From contig CAXXKM010000002.1 in the NCBI GenBank assembly GCA_963664435.2, positions 896,001 to 960,000 of the forward strand: a stretch of 64,000 bases of DNA, in the 5' to 3' direction. Under the pieces are notes generated by a model. The model was not told the origin of the DNA. It searched no databases and worked only from the letters and a program-made list of their open reading frames with translations. This DNA is from Longimicrobiales bacterium (GTDB taxonomy: Bacteria > Gemmatimonadota > Gemmatimonadetes > Longimicrobiales > Gaopeijiaceae). The position numbers and the translations under genes were made by a program. Shown here piece after piece: positions 27,736 through 36,650 of this stretch. Each line of letters starts with the position of its first letter. The stretch's first letter is position 1.

Positions 27736-30256
27736 CGCGAGAGAGCGGCAGCGGGCCGCCCGCGTCCTCGCGACGGCGGCGATCCTGGGCGCTCTTGCGC
27801 CCGTTCCGGCCATCGGCCAGCAAGCCGTGGGCGACTTCCCGGTGCCGCAGAGCCTCGTGGAGGAAGTGCTCCCGGGCGCGATCTCCTTCGATGTGCGCGA
27901 CGGCGACCCGCGTGTGATCGTCGGCTACGCCGCCGAGGCCCCGGACGAGGAGGCCGTGGTCGGATACGCCTTCCTGACGTCGGACGTCCCTCCGGAGGAA
28001 CTCGGCTACAACGGCCCCATCGAGGTGCTGGTGGGGATGGACCGGGAGGGCGTGCTGACCGGGGTCCGGGTCACCCATTACGTCGAATCCTACATCCGCA
28101 CCCGCGGCGATTTCCTGCGCACCCCGGGCTACGAGGCCCAGTTCACGGGCAAGTCCATCTCCGACCCCTTCCGCGCCAAGCGCGATGTCCGGGTGGTTTC
28201 GCGGGCCACGATCTCGGTCTCGGCCATGTCGCGCGGCATCCGCGCCTCCGCGCGCCGGGTGTACGCCAACTATCTGGCCACCCGGCCGTCCGCCGAATCC
28301 GGGGGCTCGCTCCTGACCATCGGCATCGATGAGCTGGATGAGCTGTCCTGGTCGGACATGGTCGCGGGCGAGCTGGTGCCGCAGATCCATGTGCTCGAGA
28401 ACGACGTCACCCGCATCGTGCTCTCCTTCGCGCACATCCGCAGCGATTCCGTCGGCGAGATGCTGGTCGGCCGAAGCAGATTCGGGGAAGTGGCGGAACA
28501 GTTCGGGGAACGGACGCAGGAAGACCACCTGATGCTCGTGGGGGTCGATGGCGCGCTGGCGCTCCTCTTCTATCCGCGCACGCTCTCGCTGGTGCAGGGC
28601 GCCGACACCCTCGACATGGACGACCCGGACGTCTTCATGCTGGGGGAACCGCGCAGCGGGATGGTTTCGGGACAGTTCCGCAACGTCGGGGTGATGGCGG
28701 TGCCGGGCTCCCTCGATGTCGAGCAGCACTTCGACATCTACTTCGATCTCCGTCCCGGGATGGATCTCTATTCGACGGAGTATCCGCCTCCGCAGGTCGC
28801 GGAGAGGGTGGTGGCGGAGGCGCCTCCCGTGGAGGACCCGGAGCCCGCCAACCCGGTGGATGAGGCGGCCGCGTCCGCAGCCGGTGCGGAGACCGTCGCA
28901 GCCGTGACGGATATTGTCGTAACCGAGCCCGAAAACGTCTCGGGCGATCCCTCGTCCGTCGCGTCCGGGCCGCCCGCGGATCCGGCTGCGGCCGGCGGGG
29001 CAGCGGTCGACGCGCCCGGGGGCGCCGCGGCGACTTCGGCAGGAGCAGATGCCGTCGAGGCCGCTCCGGGGGGCGATCCGGGCATGACGGGCGACGCCGT
29101 CCCCACCGAGGCGGATGCCGCGGCCCGTCCCCCATCCCCCGTCGATGCCGCAGCCGCGGCCGCGGAGGTGGCCGGGACAGAGGCGGCCGGCGCGCCCGCG
29201 GACCAGCCCGCGTCATCCGCGAATCCGTCGGAGGCATCCGGGAACCCGTCCGAGCCAACCGGGAACCCGTCCGAGCCACCCGGGAACCCGTCCGAAGTCG
29301 CAGCCGGGGAGAATCCATCCGCGACGACCCGGCCGACCCTCCCGCCCGACCTCGATTTTTCCCTCGCCGAGGAGCAGACCGTCCTCGAGCGCACGCTGGC
29401 GCGCACCTCGCCCGCGGAAGTCGCCTGGATGCTGGGGCTGCTGGCGCTGGTCACGGTGGCGTTCTTCCTGAAGCGCGACCCGCTGCGCTGGGTGGCCCTG
29501 GTCGCGACCTTCCTTTACCTGGGGTGGTTCGACGGCGGCTTCCTCTCGGTGTCGCACATCACCGCGGCCATCTCCGTGGGGCCGGCGGTGTTCCTGGAGG
29601 ACATCCCGCTGCTGCTGTTCGTGGTGTTCACCGTGGTTACCACGCTGCTGGTGGGGCGCGTCTTCTGCGGCTTCCTGTGCCCCTTCGGGGTCCTGCAGGA
29701 CATCCTGGAGAAGGTGGTTCCCAGGAAGTTCAAGCGAGAGTTGCCACGCGCCCTGCACGAGCGCCTGTGGCTGGTCAAGTACGTTGTGCTGGCGGCCGTC
29801 CTGCTCCCGGCGCTGGCGGGCAGCCGGGCCAGCATCTTTCCCTTCTTCGAGCCCTTCGGGACCGTCTTCTTCCTGAGCTCGTCCATGGTGCTCTGGGGCA
29901 TCGCCGGGGCGGTCCTGGCGGCCTCGGCGATCGTGCCCCGCTTCTACTGCCGCTACGCCTGCCCGCTGGGAGCGGCGCTCGCGGTCGCCTCCACCGTGTC
30001 GCCCTTCCGCATCCGCCGGGTGGAGCACTGCGACCACTGCAAGGTGTGCGAGCAGGCCTGTCCGACGGGGGCCATCGAGGGACCGCGCATCAACTTCCGC
30101 GAGTGCGTGCGGTGCAACATCTGCGAGGCGAAGCTGATCGAGCAGGCGGGCGTCTGCCGCCACGACATCCACGACGTGCGCCGCCGGCTGGTTCAACTGA
30201 AGGTGGCGCCCGACGCCCGGGTCGAGACCGGCGCCCGGGTCGAGACCGGTGCCTGA
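27728..30256 (+). CDS. NosR/NirI/NapH-like membrane protein with periplasmic FMN-binding domain and 4Fe-4S motifs
   Basis: [12 protein letters not shown] and VVSRATIS (flavinylation-like site), long Ala/Pro linker, TM domain with FCGFLCP and YCRYACP, CxxCxxCxxxCP. Confidence 0.85.
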   Translation: MSDARERQRAARVLATAAILGALAPVPAIGQQAVGDFPVPQSLVEEVLPGAISFDVRDGDPRVIVGYAAEAPDEEAVVGYAFLTSDVPPEELGYNGPIEVLVGMDREGVLTGVRVTHYVESYIRTRGDFLRTPGYEAQFTGKSISDPFRAKRDVRVVSRATISVSAMSRGIRASARRVYANYLATRPSAESGGSLLTIGIDELDELSWSDMVAGELVPQIHVLENDVTRIVLSFAHIRSDSVGEMLVGRSRFGEVAEQFGERTQEDHLMLVGVDGALALLFYPRTLSLVQGADTLDMDDPDVFMLGEPRSGMVSGQFRNVGVMAVPGSLDVEQHFDIYFDLRPGMDLYSTEYPPPQVAERVVAEAPPVEDPEPANPVDEAAASAAGAETVAAVTDIVVTEPENVSGDPSSVASGPPADPAAAGGAAVDAPGGAAATSAGADAVEAAPGGDPGMTGDAVPTEADAAARPPSPVDAAAAAAEVAGTEAAGAPADQPASSANPSEASGNPSEPTGNPSEPPGNPSEVAAGENPSATTRPTLPPDLDFSLAEEQTVLERTLARTSPAEVAWMLGLLALVTVAFFLKRDPLRWVALVATFLYLGWFDGGFLSVSHITAAISVGPAVFLEDIPLLLFVVFTVVTTLLVGRVFCGFLCPFGVLQDILEKVVPRKFKRELPRALHERLWLVKYVVLAAVLLPALAGSRASIFPFFEPFGTVFFLSSSMVLWGIAGAVLAASAIVPRFYCRYACPLGAALAVASTVSPFRIRRVEHCDHCKVCEQACPTGAIEGPRINFRECVRCNICEAKLIEQAGVCRHDIHDVRRRLVQLKVAPDARVETGARVETGA
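29219..29300 (+). repeat. 21-bp tandem repeat x4 (xNPSExx peptide) in the linker
   Basis: GGGAACCCGTCCGAG units: [28 protein letters not shown]. Confidence 0.8.
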
Positions 30257-31271
30257 GCCGCGACGGAGTCTCTCCCGCCGCCGGGCGCTCCGGATCGGCG
30301 GGGCGGCGGGCCTGCTGCTGGCGATGGGCGGCGGACTCACGGCGGCGGTCCTTCGTCGGGCCGGGCTGCACGGCGCGAGCGAAACCCGAACCCGCATGGG
30401 CACGCTGGTGCAGGTCAGGGTGGTGCATCCGGAGGCCGCCCGCGCGCGTGAGCTGGCCGCCGCCGCTTTCGACGAGATCGATCGCCTGGAGGCGGTTTTC
30501 AGCGGCTACCGGCCCGACACGGCGGTGTCCCGCCTCAACCGGGACGGGGTTCTGAGTGATCCGCCCCCCGAACTGGTGGCGGTGGTGCGCCGCGCCCTTC
30601 ACTTCGCCGAGTTGACCGGCGGCGCCTTCGACCCCACCGTGGCCCCGCTGATGGAACTCTACCGGAGCAGCTTCGCCCAAAATGACGCACCGCCCGCGGA
30701 AACTGACGTAATGCATGCCAGGTCGCTGGTCGGGTACCGGCGCGTCCGGCTTGATGCGGCGGGCATCGCGTTCGCGGGTCCGGGCATGTCGGTCTCGCTC
30801 GACGGCATCGCCAAGGGGTACATCCTCGACCGGGTCGTCGCGCAGGTCACGGCGGCGGGCGCGGCGGGCGTGCTGGCCGACGGGGGCGGGGACGTCTCGG
30901 CCGGCGAGGGAGAGGTGGCCGGGACGGGATGGCCGGTCGGGGTGGAGCACCCGCGCGAGCCGGGGACGATGCTGGGGACGATCGAGGTGCGCCACCAGGG
31001 GGTGGCCACCTCGGGCGACTACATGCGGGCGTACACCGACGACCTCCGCCATCACCACATCGTCGACCCGCGCACGGGCGCCTCGCCGGGCCACACCAGT
31101 GCGGCCACCGTGGTGGCCCCGTCCGCCATGGACGCCGACGCCCTCGCCACCGCGGCGATGGTGCTGGGCCCCGTTCACGGCATCGAACTGCTGGAACGGG
31201 TCGATGGCGCCGAAGGAATCATCGTCACCAGGGAGCTCGACCTGGTGCGCAGTTCCGGGTTCGGAGCCTGA
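30249..31271 (+). CDS. apbE: FAD:protein FMN transferase
   Basis: Tat-like SRRRAL, MGT, GAFDPTV, LDGIAKGY, ATSGDY, HHIVDPRTG, ADALATA. Confidence 0.92.
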   Translation: MPEPRRSLSRRRALRIGGAAGLLLAMGGGLTAAVLRRAGLHGASETRTRMGTLVQVRVVHPEAARARELAAAAFDEIDRLEAVFSGYRPDTAVSRLNRDGVLSDPPPELVAVVRRALHFAELTGGAFDPTVAPLMELYRSSFAQNDAPPAETDVMHARSLVGYRRVRLDAAGIAFAGPGMSVSLDGIAKGYILDRVVAQVTAAGAAGVLADGGGDVSAGEGEVAGTGWPVGVEHPREPGTMLGTIEVRHQGVATSGDYMRAYTDDLRHHHIVDPRTGASPGHTSAATVVAPSAMDADALATAAMVLGPVHGIELLERVDGAEGIIVTRELDLVRSSGFGA

Positions 31272-31285
31272 GGCGCTCGACATCC

Positions 31286-32107
31286 ATGTCCGAGCCACCG
31301 AAGGCGGCACGCGAGCCGATGATGTCAGCGCCCGCGCGGCCCGCTTCCGCATCCGGGCCCGTTGCCCCCGTGCGCGCGTCCCTCTTCGTCACCTGCCTGG
31401 GCGACCACTTCTACGCAGACGCCGCCGCCTCGGCCGTGCGGCTCCTGAGGAAGCTGGGGGTCGAGGTCGACTTTCCCGAGGCGCAGACCTGCTGCGGGCA
31501 GCCCGCATTCAACGCGGGCCGGGACGCCGAGGCGCGGCGCATGGCCAGGCACACCCTCGAGGTCTTTCGCGAAAGCGAGTACGTGGTGCTTCCCTCGGGG
31601 AGCTGCGCCTCCATGCTCCGGCGTTTCTACGCCCACCTCTTCGATGAGGACGCCGGCCTGTCCGGGCAGGTCGCCGACCTCGCCGGGCGCACCTTCGAGC
31701 TGGCGGAGTTCCTGGTGCGGGTGCTCGAGGTCACGGAGCTGGGGCAGGGCCTGGAGGGACGCCGGATCGCGTACCATCACGGATGCCACGCCCTGCGCGA
31801 GCTGGGGATCCGCGAGGAGCCGCTCGCGCTGATGGCCAACGCCGGGGCCGAAGTGGTCCCGTGGGAAGCGGCGGAGGAATGCTGCGGGTTCGGAGGCCTG
31901 TTCTCGGTGAGCTTCCCCCAGGTCTCCGCGGGGATGGCCGACCGCAAGCTGGACACGCTCGCCGAGGCGAGCCGGGTCGACCTCCTGACCTCCGCCGACT
32001 GCGGCTGCCTGCTCCAGCTCTCGGGCCGCATGCGAAGGCGGGGGCAGAACCTCGCCGTGCGCCATCTTGCTGACGTTCTCTGGGAGGCGGCCGGTGGAGA
32101 TTCGTAG
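31286..32107 (+). CDS. lutA: Lactate utilization protein A (CCG-domain Fe-S protein); start may be 31319/31322
   Basis: LFVTCL, QTCCGQPAFN, PSGSC, HHGCH, ECCGFGG. Confidence 0.9.
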   Translation: MSEPPKAAREPMMSAPARPASASGPVAPVRASLFVTCLGDHFYADAAASAVRLLRKLGVEVDFPEAQTCCGQPAFNAGRDAEARRMARHTLEVFRESEYVVLPSGSCASMLRRFYAHLFDEDAGLSGQVADLAGRTFELAEFLVRVLEVTELGQGLEGRRIAYHHGCHALRELGIREEPLALMANAGAEVVPWEAAEECCGFGGLFSVSFPQVSAGMADRKLDTLAEASRVDLLTSADCGCLLQLSGRMRRRGQNLAVRHLADVLWEAAGGDS

Positions 32108-33473
32108 CCGGGAATACCCGGAACGCTCGCGCCGGGGCGGGGATGTGCGCGCATCCGTGACCGGGGCGACCCTGACCTTCGACGCACACCGCCGGGCCGC
32201 GTACGCGGGGGTGGCCGCGGAGGAATGGCGACACTGGGCCGAAGGGGTCAAGACGCACCTGCTGACCCATCTGGACCGATACCTGGAGGAGGCCGAGGCG
32301 CGTCTGGAGGCCAACGGCGCCCAGGTTCACTGGGCCGGGTCGCAGGAGGATGTCCACCGGATCCTCTCCGGCATCGTCGAGCGCCGGGGGGCGCGGCGCG
32401 CGGTCAAGGGCAAGAGCATGCTCTCCGAGGAGCTAGAGGTGAACGAGCTGCTGGAGAAGCGGGGCGTCGACGTGCTCGAGACGGATCTCGGGGAGTACAT
32501 CCTGCAGCTGCTCGAACAGCCCCCCAGCCACATCGTGGGCCCCGCCATCCACCTGAGCCTGGACGAGATCCGCCGGCTGTACCACGAAACCCACGGGACG
32601 GAGCCGGATGCCACGCCGGACGAACTGGCCGCGGTCTCGCGCGTGATCCTGCGCGAGGCTTTTCTCGCGGCCGACCTGGGCATCACCGGCGGCAACTTCC
32701 TGGTGGCGGAGACCGGGACCGTGGCGCTCATCGAGAACGAGGGCAACATCCGGCTCGCCACCTCGGCACCACCCGTCCACGTTGCGCTGGTGGGCATCGA
32801 GAAACTGCTGCCGCGCTGGAGCGACCTGGCCGTGTTCCTGCAGCTCACGGCCCGGGCGGCCACAGGGCAGCCGGTGGGAAACTACGTTTCCATGATCCAC
32901 GGTCCCCGGACCGCGGAGGACCCCGACGGCCCGGAGGAGGTGCACGTGGTGCTGGTCGACAACGGCCGCTCCGACGTGCTCGCCGACCCCGAGGCGTGGG
33001 AGGCGCTCCGTTGCGTGCGCTGCGGCGCGTGCCTGAACGCCTGCCCCGTCTACCGCCAGACGGGCGGGCACGCGTACGGGGCCGTCTACTCGGGCCCCAT
33101 CGGGTCGGTGCTGAACCCCGGGCTGGCCGGGCTGCACGCGGCCATGCCGCTGCCCTTCGCCTCCAGCCTGTGCGGCGCCTGCGAGGAGGCGTGTCCGGTG
33201 CGCATCCCCATCCCCGAGTTGCTCCTGAGCTGGCGTAGGCGGGCGGTGGAGGCGGGGATGGATTCGCGCGCCAAGGCGGCCCTGCTGAAGGCGTGGACGG
33301 CGGTCGCGACCCGGCCCGGCGCATACAGGGCTGCGGGAGGCGTGCTGCACGCCCTCCCCGACCCGGTGCGCCGCGTCCCCCTGCCCGTGGTGGGCGGCTG
33401 GCGCGAGGTGCGCGCGGATCCGGAGCCGTCGCGCACCTCCTTCCGCGCGCTCTGGCGGGAGGGCATCGAATGA
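32094..33473 (+). CDS. lutB: Lactate utilization protein B (Fe-S)
   Basis: KSMLSEE, ETDLGEYILQL, PSHIVGPAIH, ENEGN, CVRCGACLNACP. Confidence 0.92.
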   Translation: MEIRSREYPERSRRGGDVRASVTGATLTFDAHRRAAYAGVAAEEWRHWAEGVKTHLLTHLDRYLEEAEARLEANGAQVHWAGSQEDVHRILSGIVERRGARRAVKGKSMLSEELEVNELLEKRGVDVLETDLGEYILQLLEQPPSHIVGPAIHLSLDEIRRLYHETHGTEPDATPDELAAVSRVILREAFLAADLGITGGNFLVAETGTVALIENEGNIRLATSAPPVHVALVGIEKLLPRWSDLAVFLQLTARAATGQPVGNYVSMIHGPRTAEDPDGPEEVHVVLVDNGRSDVLADPEAWEALRCVRCGACLNACPVYRQTGGHAYGAVYSGPIGSVLNPGLAGLHAAMPLPFASSLCGACEEACPVRIPIPELLLSWRRRAVEAGMDSRAKAALLKAWTAVATRPGAYRAAGGVLHALPDPVRRVPLPVVGGWREVRADPEPSRTSFRALWREGIE

Positions 33474-34054
33474 GGGAGCAGGTGCTCCGGCGGGTGCGTC
33501 AGGCGCTCCAGGGGCGGTCCCGGGCGCCTCATCCGGGCACACTGGATACGGGGGTCCCGGATGCCCCGGCGCCGGTGGAGCACTTCGCGGACTGCTTTCG
33601 GGCGGCGGGGGGCGAAGTGCACCGTTTCGCCGGCGCGGACGCGGCGCGCCGGTGGCTGCATGGGTTCGCCGCGCGGTTCGCGAGCGTCAGCCACGGGGCG
33701 GGCGTTCCCGCGAGCCTCGCGTTGCCGGCGCCCGAGGCCCCGCCCCGGCGGGCCGAACTCGGCGTGTCGGTGGCGCGCGCGGCGGCCGCCCAGTCCGGGT
33801 CGCTGGTGCTGAGCAGCCGGGACGGGCGGCGCACCCAGTTGCTCCCGCCGGTCCACGTCGTGCTGGTGGACGCCGCAACCGTCACCGCCACCCTCGGCGA
33901 GGCGCTGGACGCGTGCCGCGGCGACGGCGGTTCCGCGCTGGCGCTGCACTCCGGTCCCAGCAAGTCGGCCGACATCGGCCAGGTCATGGTGACCGGCGTC
34001 CACGGGCCCGGCCGCGTGATCGCCGTCCTCCTCGACGACTGGCCCGGACCTTGA
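33470..34054 (+). CDS. lutC: Lactate utilization protein C (LUD domain)
   Basis: LLPPVHV, SGPSKSADI, GVHGP; ATGA overlap with lutB. Confidence 0.9.
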   Translation: MREQVLRRVRQALQGRSRAPHPGTLDTGVPDAPAPVEHFADCFRAAGGEVHRFAGADAARRWLHGFAARFASVSHGAGVPASLALPAPEAPPRRAELGVSVARAAAAQSGSLVLSSRDGRRTQLLPPVHVVLVDAATVTATLGEALDACRGDGGSALALHSGPSKSADIGQVMVTGVHGPGRVIAVLLDDWPGP

Positions 34055-34067
34055 CCAGGCGTCCGCA

Positions 34068-35618
34068 ATGACGAATCAGAACGGCCCCGAGGCACAGGTT
34101 GAATTCCCGATCCGGCTTGCGTGCGTCGACACGGGATCGAACGCGATCCGGTTCATGGCCGTGGAGTTCACCACGCCGGAAAAATACACCGCGCTTCACT
34201 CGGAACGGGTGCCGATTCGGCTTGGGCACCAGGTCTTCCTCACCGGAAGGCTGGCTCCCGAGACCATGGATGCGACCGTCGAGGCCTTCCAGCGCTTTCG
34301 GAAGTACCTGAAGCAGTTCGACATCGAGCACTATCGGGCGGTCGCGACCAGTGCCGTGCGCGAGGCGCGCAACGGGCCTCTCCTCGTCGAGCGCATCGAG
34401 CGCGAGACCGGGATTCGGCTGAAGGCCATTACCGGATCCGAGGAGGCGAGGCTGGTGCACCTTGCGGTGGCGGGGCGCATCGGCCTGGAAGGCGGCCGCT
34501 GGCTGCTCGTGGATCTGGGCGGCGGCAGCGTCGAGCTCTCCCTGGTGGACGACTCGGGCATGCTGTGGAGCGAAACCCACTCCATGGGTTCGGTGCGTCT
34601 GCTGGAACGGCTGGCGGAGCCCGGGGACGAGCCCGGAGCGTTTCAGAGACTCCTCTCCGAGTATGTGGCGGTATTGAACATTCCGGCGCCGGCGCAATAC
34701 TGGCAGCCGACCGGGTTCATCGGCTGCGGAGGCAACATCGAAGCCCTGGCCGCGCTGGCCGCCCCCGGCAAGCGCAAGGACGGCGTCAGCAGGCTGCCCG
34801 TCTCGGGCCTCGATTCCGCCATCGGGCTCCTCGCGCGACTGTCGTACTCGGAGCGCATCGAACAACTGGGGCTGAGGCACGACCGCGCCGACGTCATATT
34901 GCCGGCCGCCGTGGTCTTCAGGCGACTGGCGGAGCTCACCGGCACCCGGGAGATCCTGGTTCCCCATATCGGAGTCAAGGAAGGCGTCACGCTCGACCTG
35001 ATGGCCGACCTGAATTCCAGGGCCACCAACTACAGCCGGCAGGAGAAGCAGCTCACCCAGGCGGCGGTGTCGTTCGGGCGCCGCTACATGTTCGACGAGG
35101 CCCACGGCCGTCATGTCGCCAGGCTGGCGGTCAGCGTCTTCGACCAGCTCCGGTCCCTGCACGGCCAGGGGCCCCATGCGCGGCATCTCCTGAAAGTCGC
35201 GGCGATCCTCCACGATATCGGCGTGTTCGTCGCGATGAAGAAGCACCACAAGCACACGCTCTATATTCTCGGCAACTCGGAAATACCGGGTCTTTCACCG
35301 CGCGAGATGGCGATTGTGGGCAACGTCGCGCGCTACCATCGCAAGAGCCATCCCAGGTCGCATCACCGGCGCTACACGTCGCTCTCCGCGAGGGACCGCG
35401 TGCTGGTCGACCATCTGGGCGCGATCCTGCGCCTGGTGGACGGACTGGACCGGCAGCGTCGCCAGCTGATCCGCTCGGTCACGGCCACGCCGGAGGGGCG
35501 CAGCCTTCGATTGAGCGCCGAATGCGATGGCGACGTGCTGCTGGAGCGCTGGACCGTGGCACAGAAGAAAGACCTTTTCGAGGAGACCTTCGGACTCGCC
35601 GTCGTCATTGACTTCTGA
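34068..35618 (+). CDS. ppx: Ppx/GppA exopolyphosphatase family
   Basis: DTGSNAIR, ATSAVREA, GSEEA, DLGGGSVE, RAD, HD-like LHDIG. Confidence 0.92.
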   Translation: MTNQNGPEAQVEFPIRLACVDTGSNAIRFMAVEFTTPEKYTALHSERVPIRLGHQVFLTGRLAPETMDATVEAFQRFRKYLKQFDIEHYRAVATSAVREARNGPLLVERIERETGIRLKAITGSEEARLVHLAVAGRIGLEGGRWLLVDLGGGSVELSLVDDSGMLWSETHSMGSVRLLERLAEPGDEPGAFQRLLSEYVAVLNIPAPAQYWQPTGFIGCGGNIEALAALAAPGKRKDGVSRLPVSGLDSAIGLLARLSYSERIEQLGLRHDRADVILPAAVVFRRLAELTGTREILVPHIGVKEGVTLDLMADLNSRATNYSRQEKQLTQAAVSFGRRYMFDEAHGRHVARLAVSVFDQLRSLHGQGPHARHLLKVAAILHDIGVFVAMKKHHKHTLYILGNSEIPGLSPREMAIVGNVARYHRKSHPRSHHRRYTSLSARDRVLVDHLGAILRLVDGLDRQRRQLIRSVTATPEGRSLRLSAECDGDVLLERWTVAQKKDLFEETFGLAVVIDF

Positions 35619-35679
35619 ATCCGGGGACACTGGGACGCCGTTCGTCGCGGAATCATATTCCTGTCAGCACTGAGGGATA

Positions 35680-35708
35680 TTGCGCATCACTTTGCCACAC
35701 CTTATCGT
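35680..35708 (+). promoter_or_regulatory. Sigma70-like promoter candidate TTGCGC-17-TATCGT
   Basis: Located in an AT-richer intergenic tract upstream of 35768. Confidence 0.4.
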
Positions 35709-35767
35709 TTGCGCTGGCAACCGATTCCTGGCTGTTCAAATCGTCACATCATGGGGAGAGTTGATCG

Positions 35768-36574
35768 ATGGTCGCGACAGACGCTGAAGTTATGGGTTGG
35801 GTTGAGGAGCAACTGCAGGACAATCCGGAAGTTACGGTGGATGAGCTGTTCGAGGGCGCGAAGATCCTTCAGCCCGATGTAGCCGAACTGAACAAGCGCC
35901 AGTTCCATGCGCGATATCCGCTTCAGGTGAAGCGGCGGGCCAGCAGGGCTGCTGCAGCGGCCGCGGCGGCGGAAGCGGCCGCCGAGGCCGCGGAGGCCAC
36001 CGTCGAAGCCGCCGCGGACGCCGCCCCCGAAGCCTCCGAGGCCGCCGTTTCCGCACCCGCGGAGGCTCCGGCTGCTCCGGCCCCGGCGCCGGCCAAGAGC
36101 AAGACGACGACGGACGCCGAGGTCATGAGCTGGGTCGAGGGACAGCTGAAGGACAATCCCGACGTTTCGGTGGACGAATTGCGCGCCGGCGCGGTCAAGT
36201 TGAACGCGGGAATCGCCGACTTGACCAAGCGCCAGTTCCACGCGCGCTATCCGCTTCAGGTGAAGCGGGCCGCTCGTCGGGCGGCGGATGCGGCGGCCGG
36301 CATCAAGCCCCGCCGGCGTCCCCGCCGCGCGGCGGCCGCGCCGGCTCCCGAGCCCGAGCCCGCTGCGCCGGCCCCCGCGCCCGCGCCCGCTCCTGCCGCG
36401 CCCGCCCCTGCCGCACCGGCTCCTGCCTCCGAGGCGGCCCCCGCCGGCCTCGACCGCGGAGCCGTTCGCAAAATGCTGTTCGACTTTGCGGCCGACATCA
36501 CCGCGGCGGAAGGCACGTCGGCGGTCGTGAAGGTGCTCGCGGCCATGGACGACTACATCGACCGCATCGCATAG
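35768..36574 (+). CDS. Hypothetical protein with two copies of an about 53-aa domain and Ala/Pro-rich linkers
   Basis: TDAEVMxWVExQLxDNPxVxVDEL..L.KRQFHARYPLQVKR at 35777-35935 and 36110-36268; GGAG RBS. Confidence 0.85.
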   Translation: MVATDAEVMGWVEEQLQDNPEVTVDELFEGAKILQPDVAELNKRQFHARYPLQVKRRASRAAAAAAAAEAAAEAAEATVEAAADAAPEASEAAVSAPAEAPAAPAPAPAKSKTTTDAEVMSWVEGQLKDNPDVSVDELRAGAVKLNAGIADLTKRQFHARYPLQVKRAARRAADAAAGIKPRRRPRRAAAAPAPEPEPAAPAPAPAPAPAAPAPAAPAPASEAAPAGLDRGAVRKMLFDFAADITAAEGTSAVVKVLAAMDDYIDRIA

Positions 36575-36650
36575 GCGCAGTCCCCGGGCGAATCCGCGCT
36601 CGACCGCCGGGAGGAGTTCCTCCGCGGGCTGACTGCGTGAGGTATCCGGG

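Noticed and set aside
30215..30250. 18-bp duplication (ARVETG x2) and other short repeats as CRISPR-like arrays
   Set aside because: In-frame coding duplications without spacers or cas genes.
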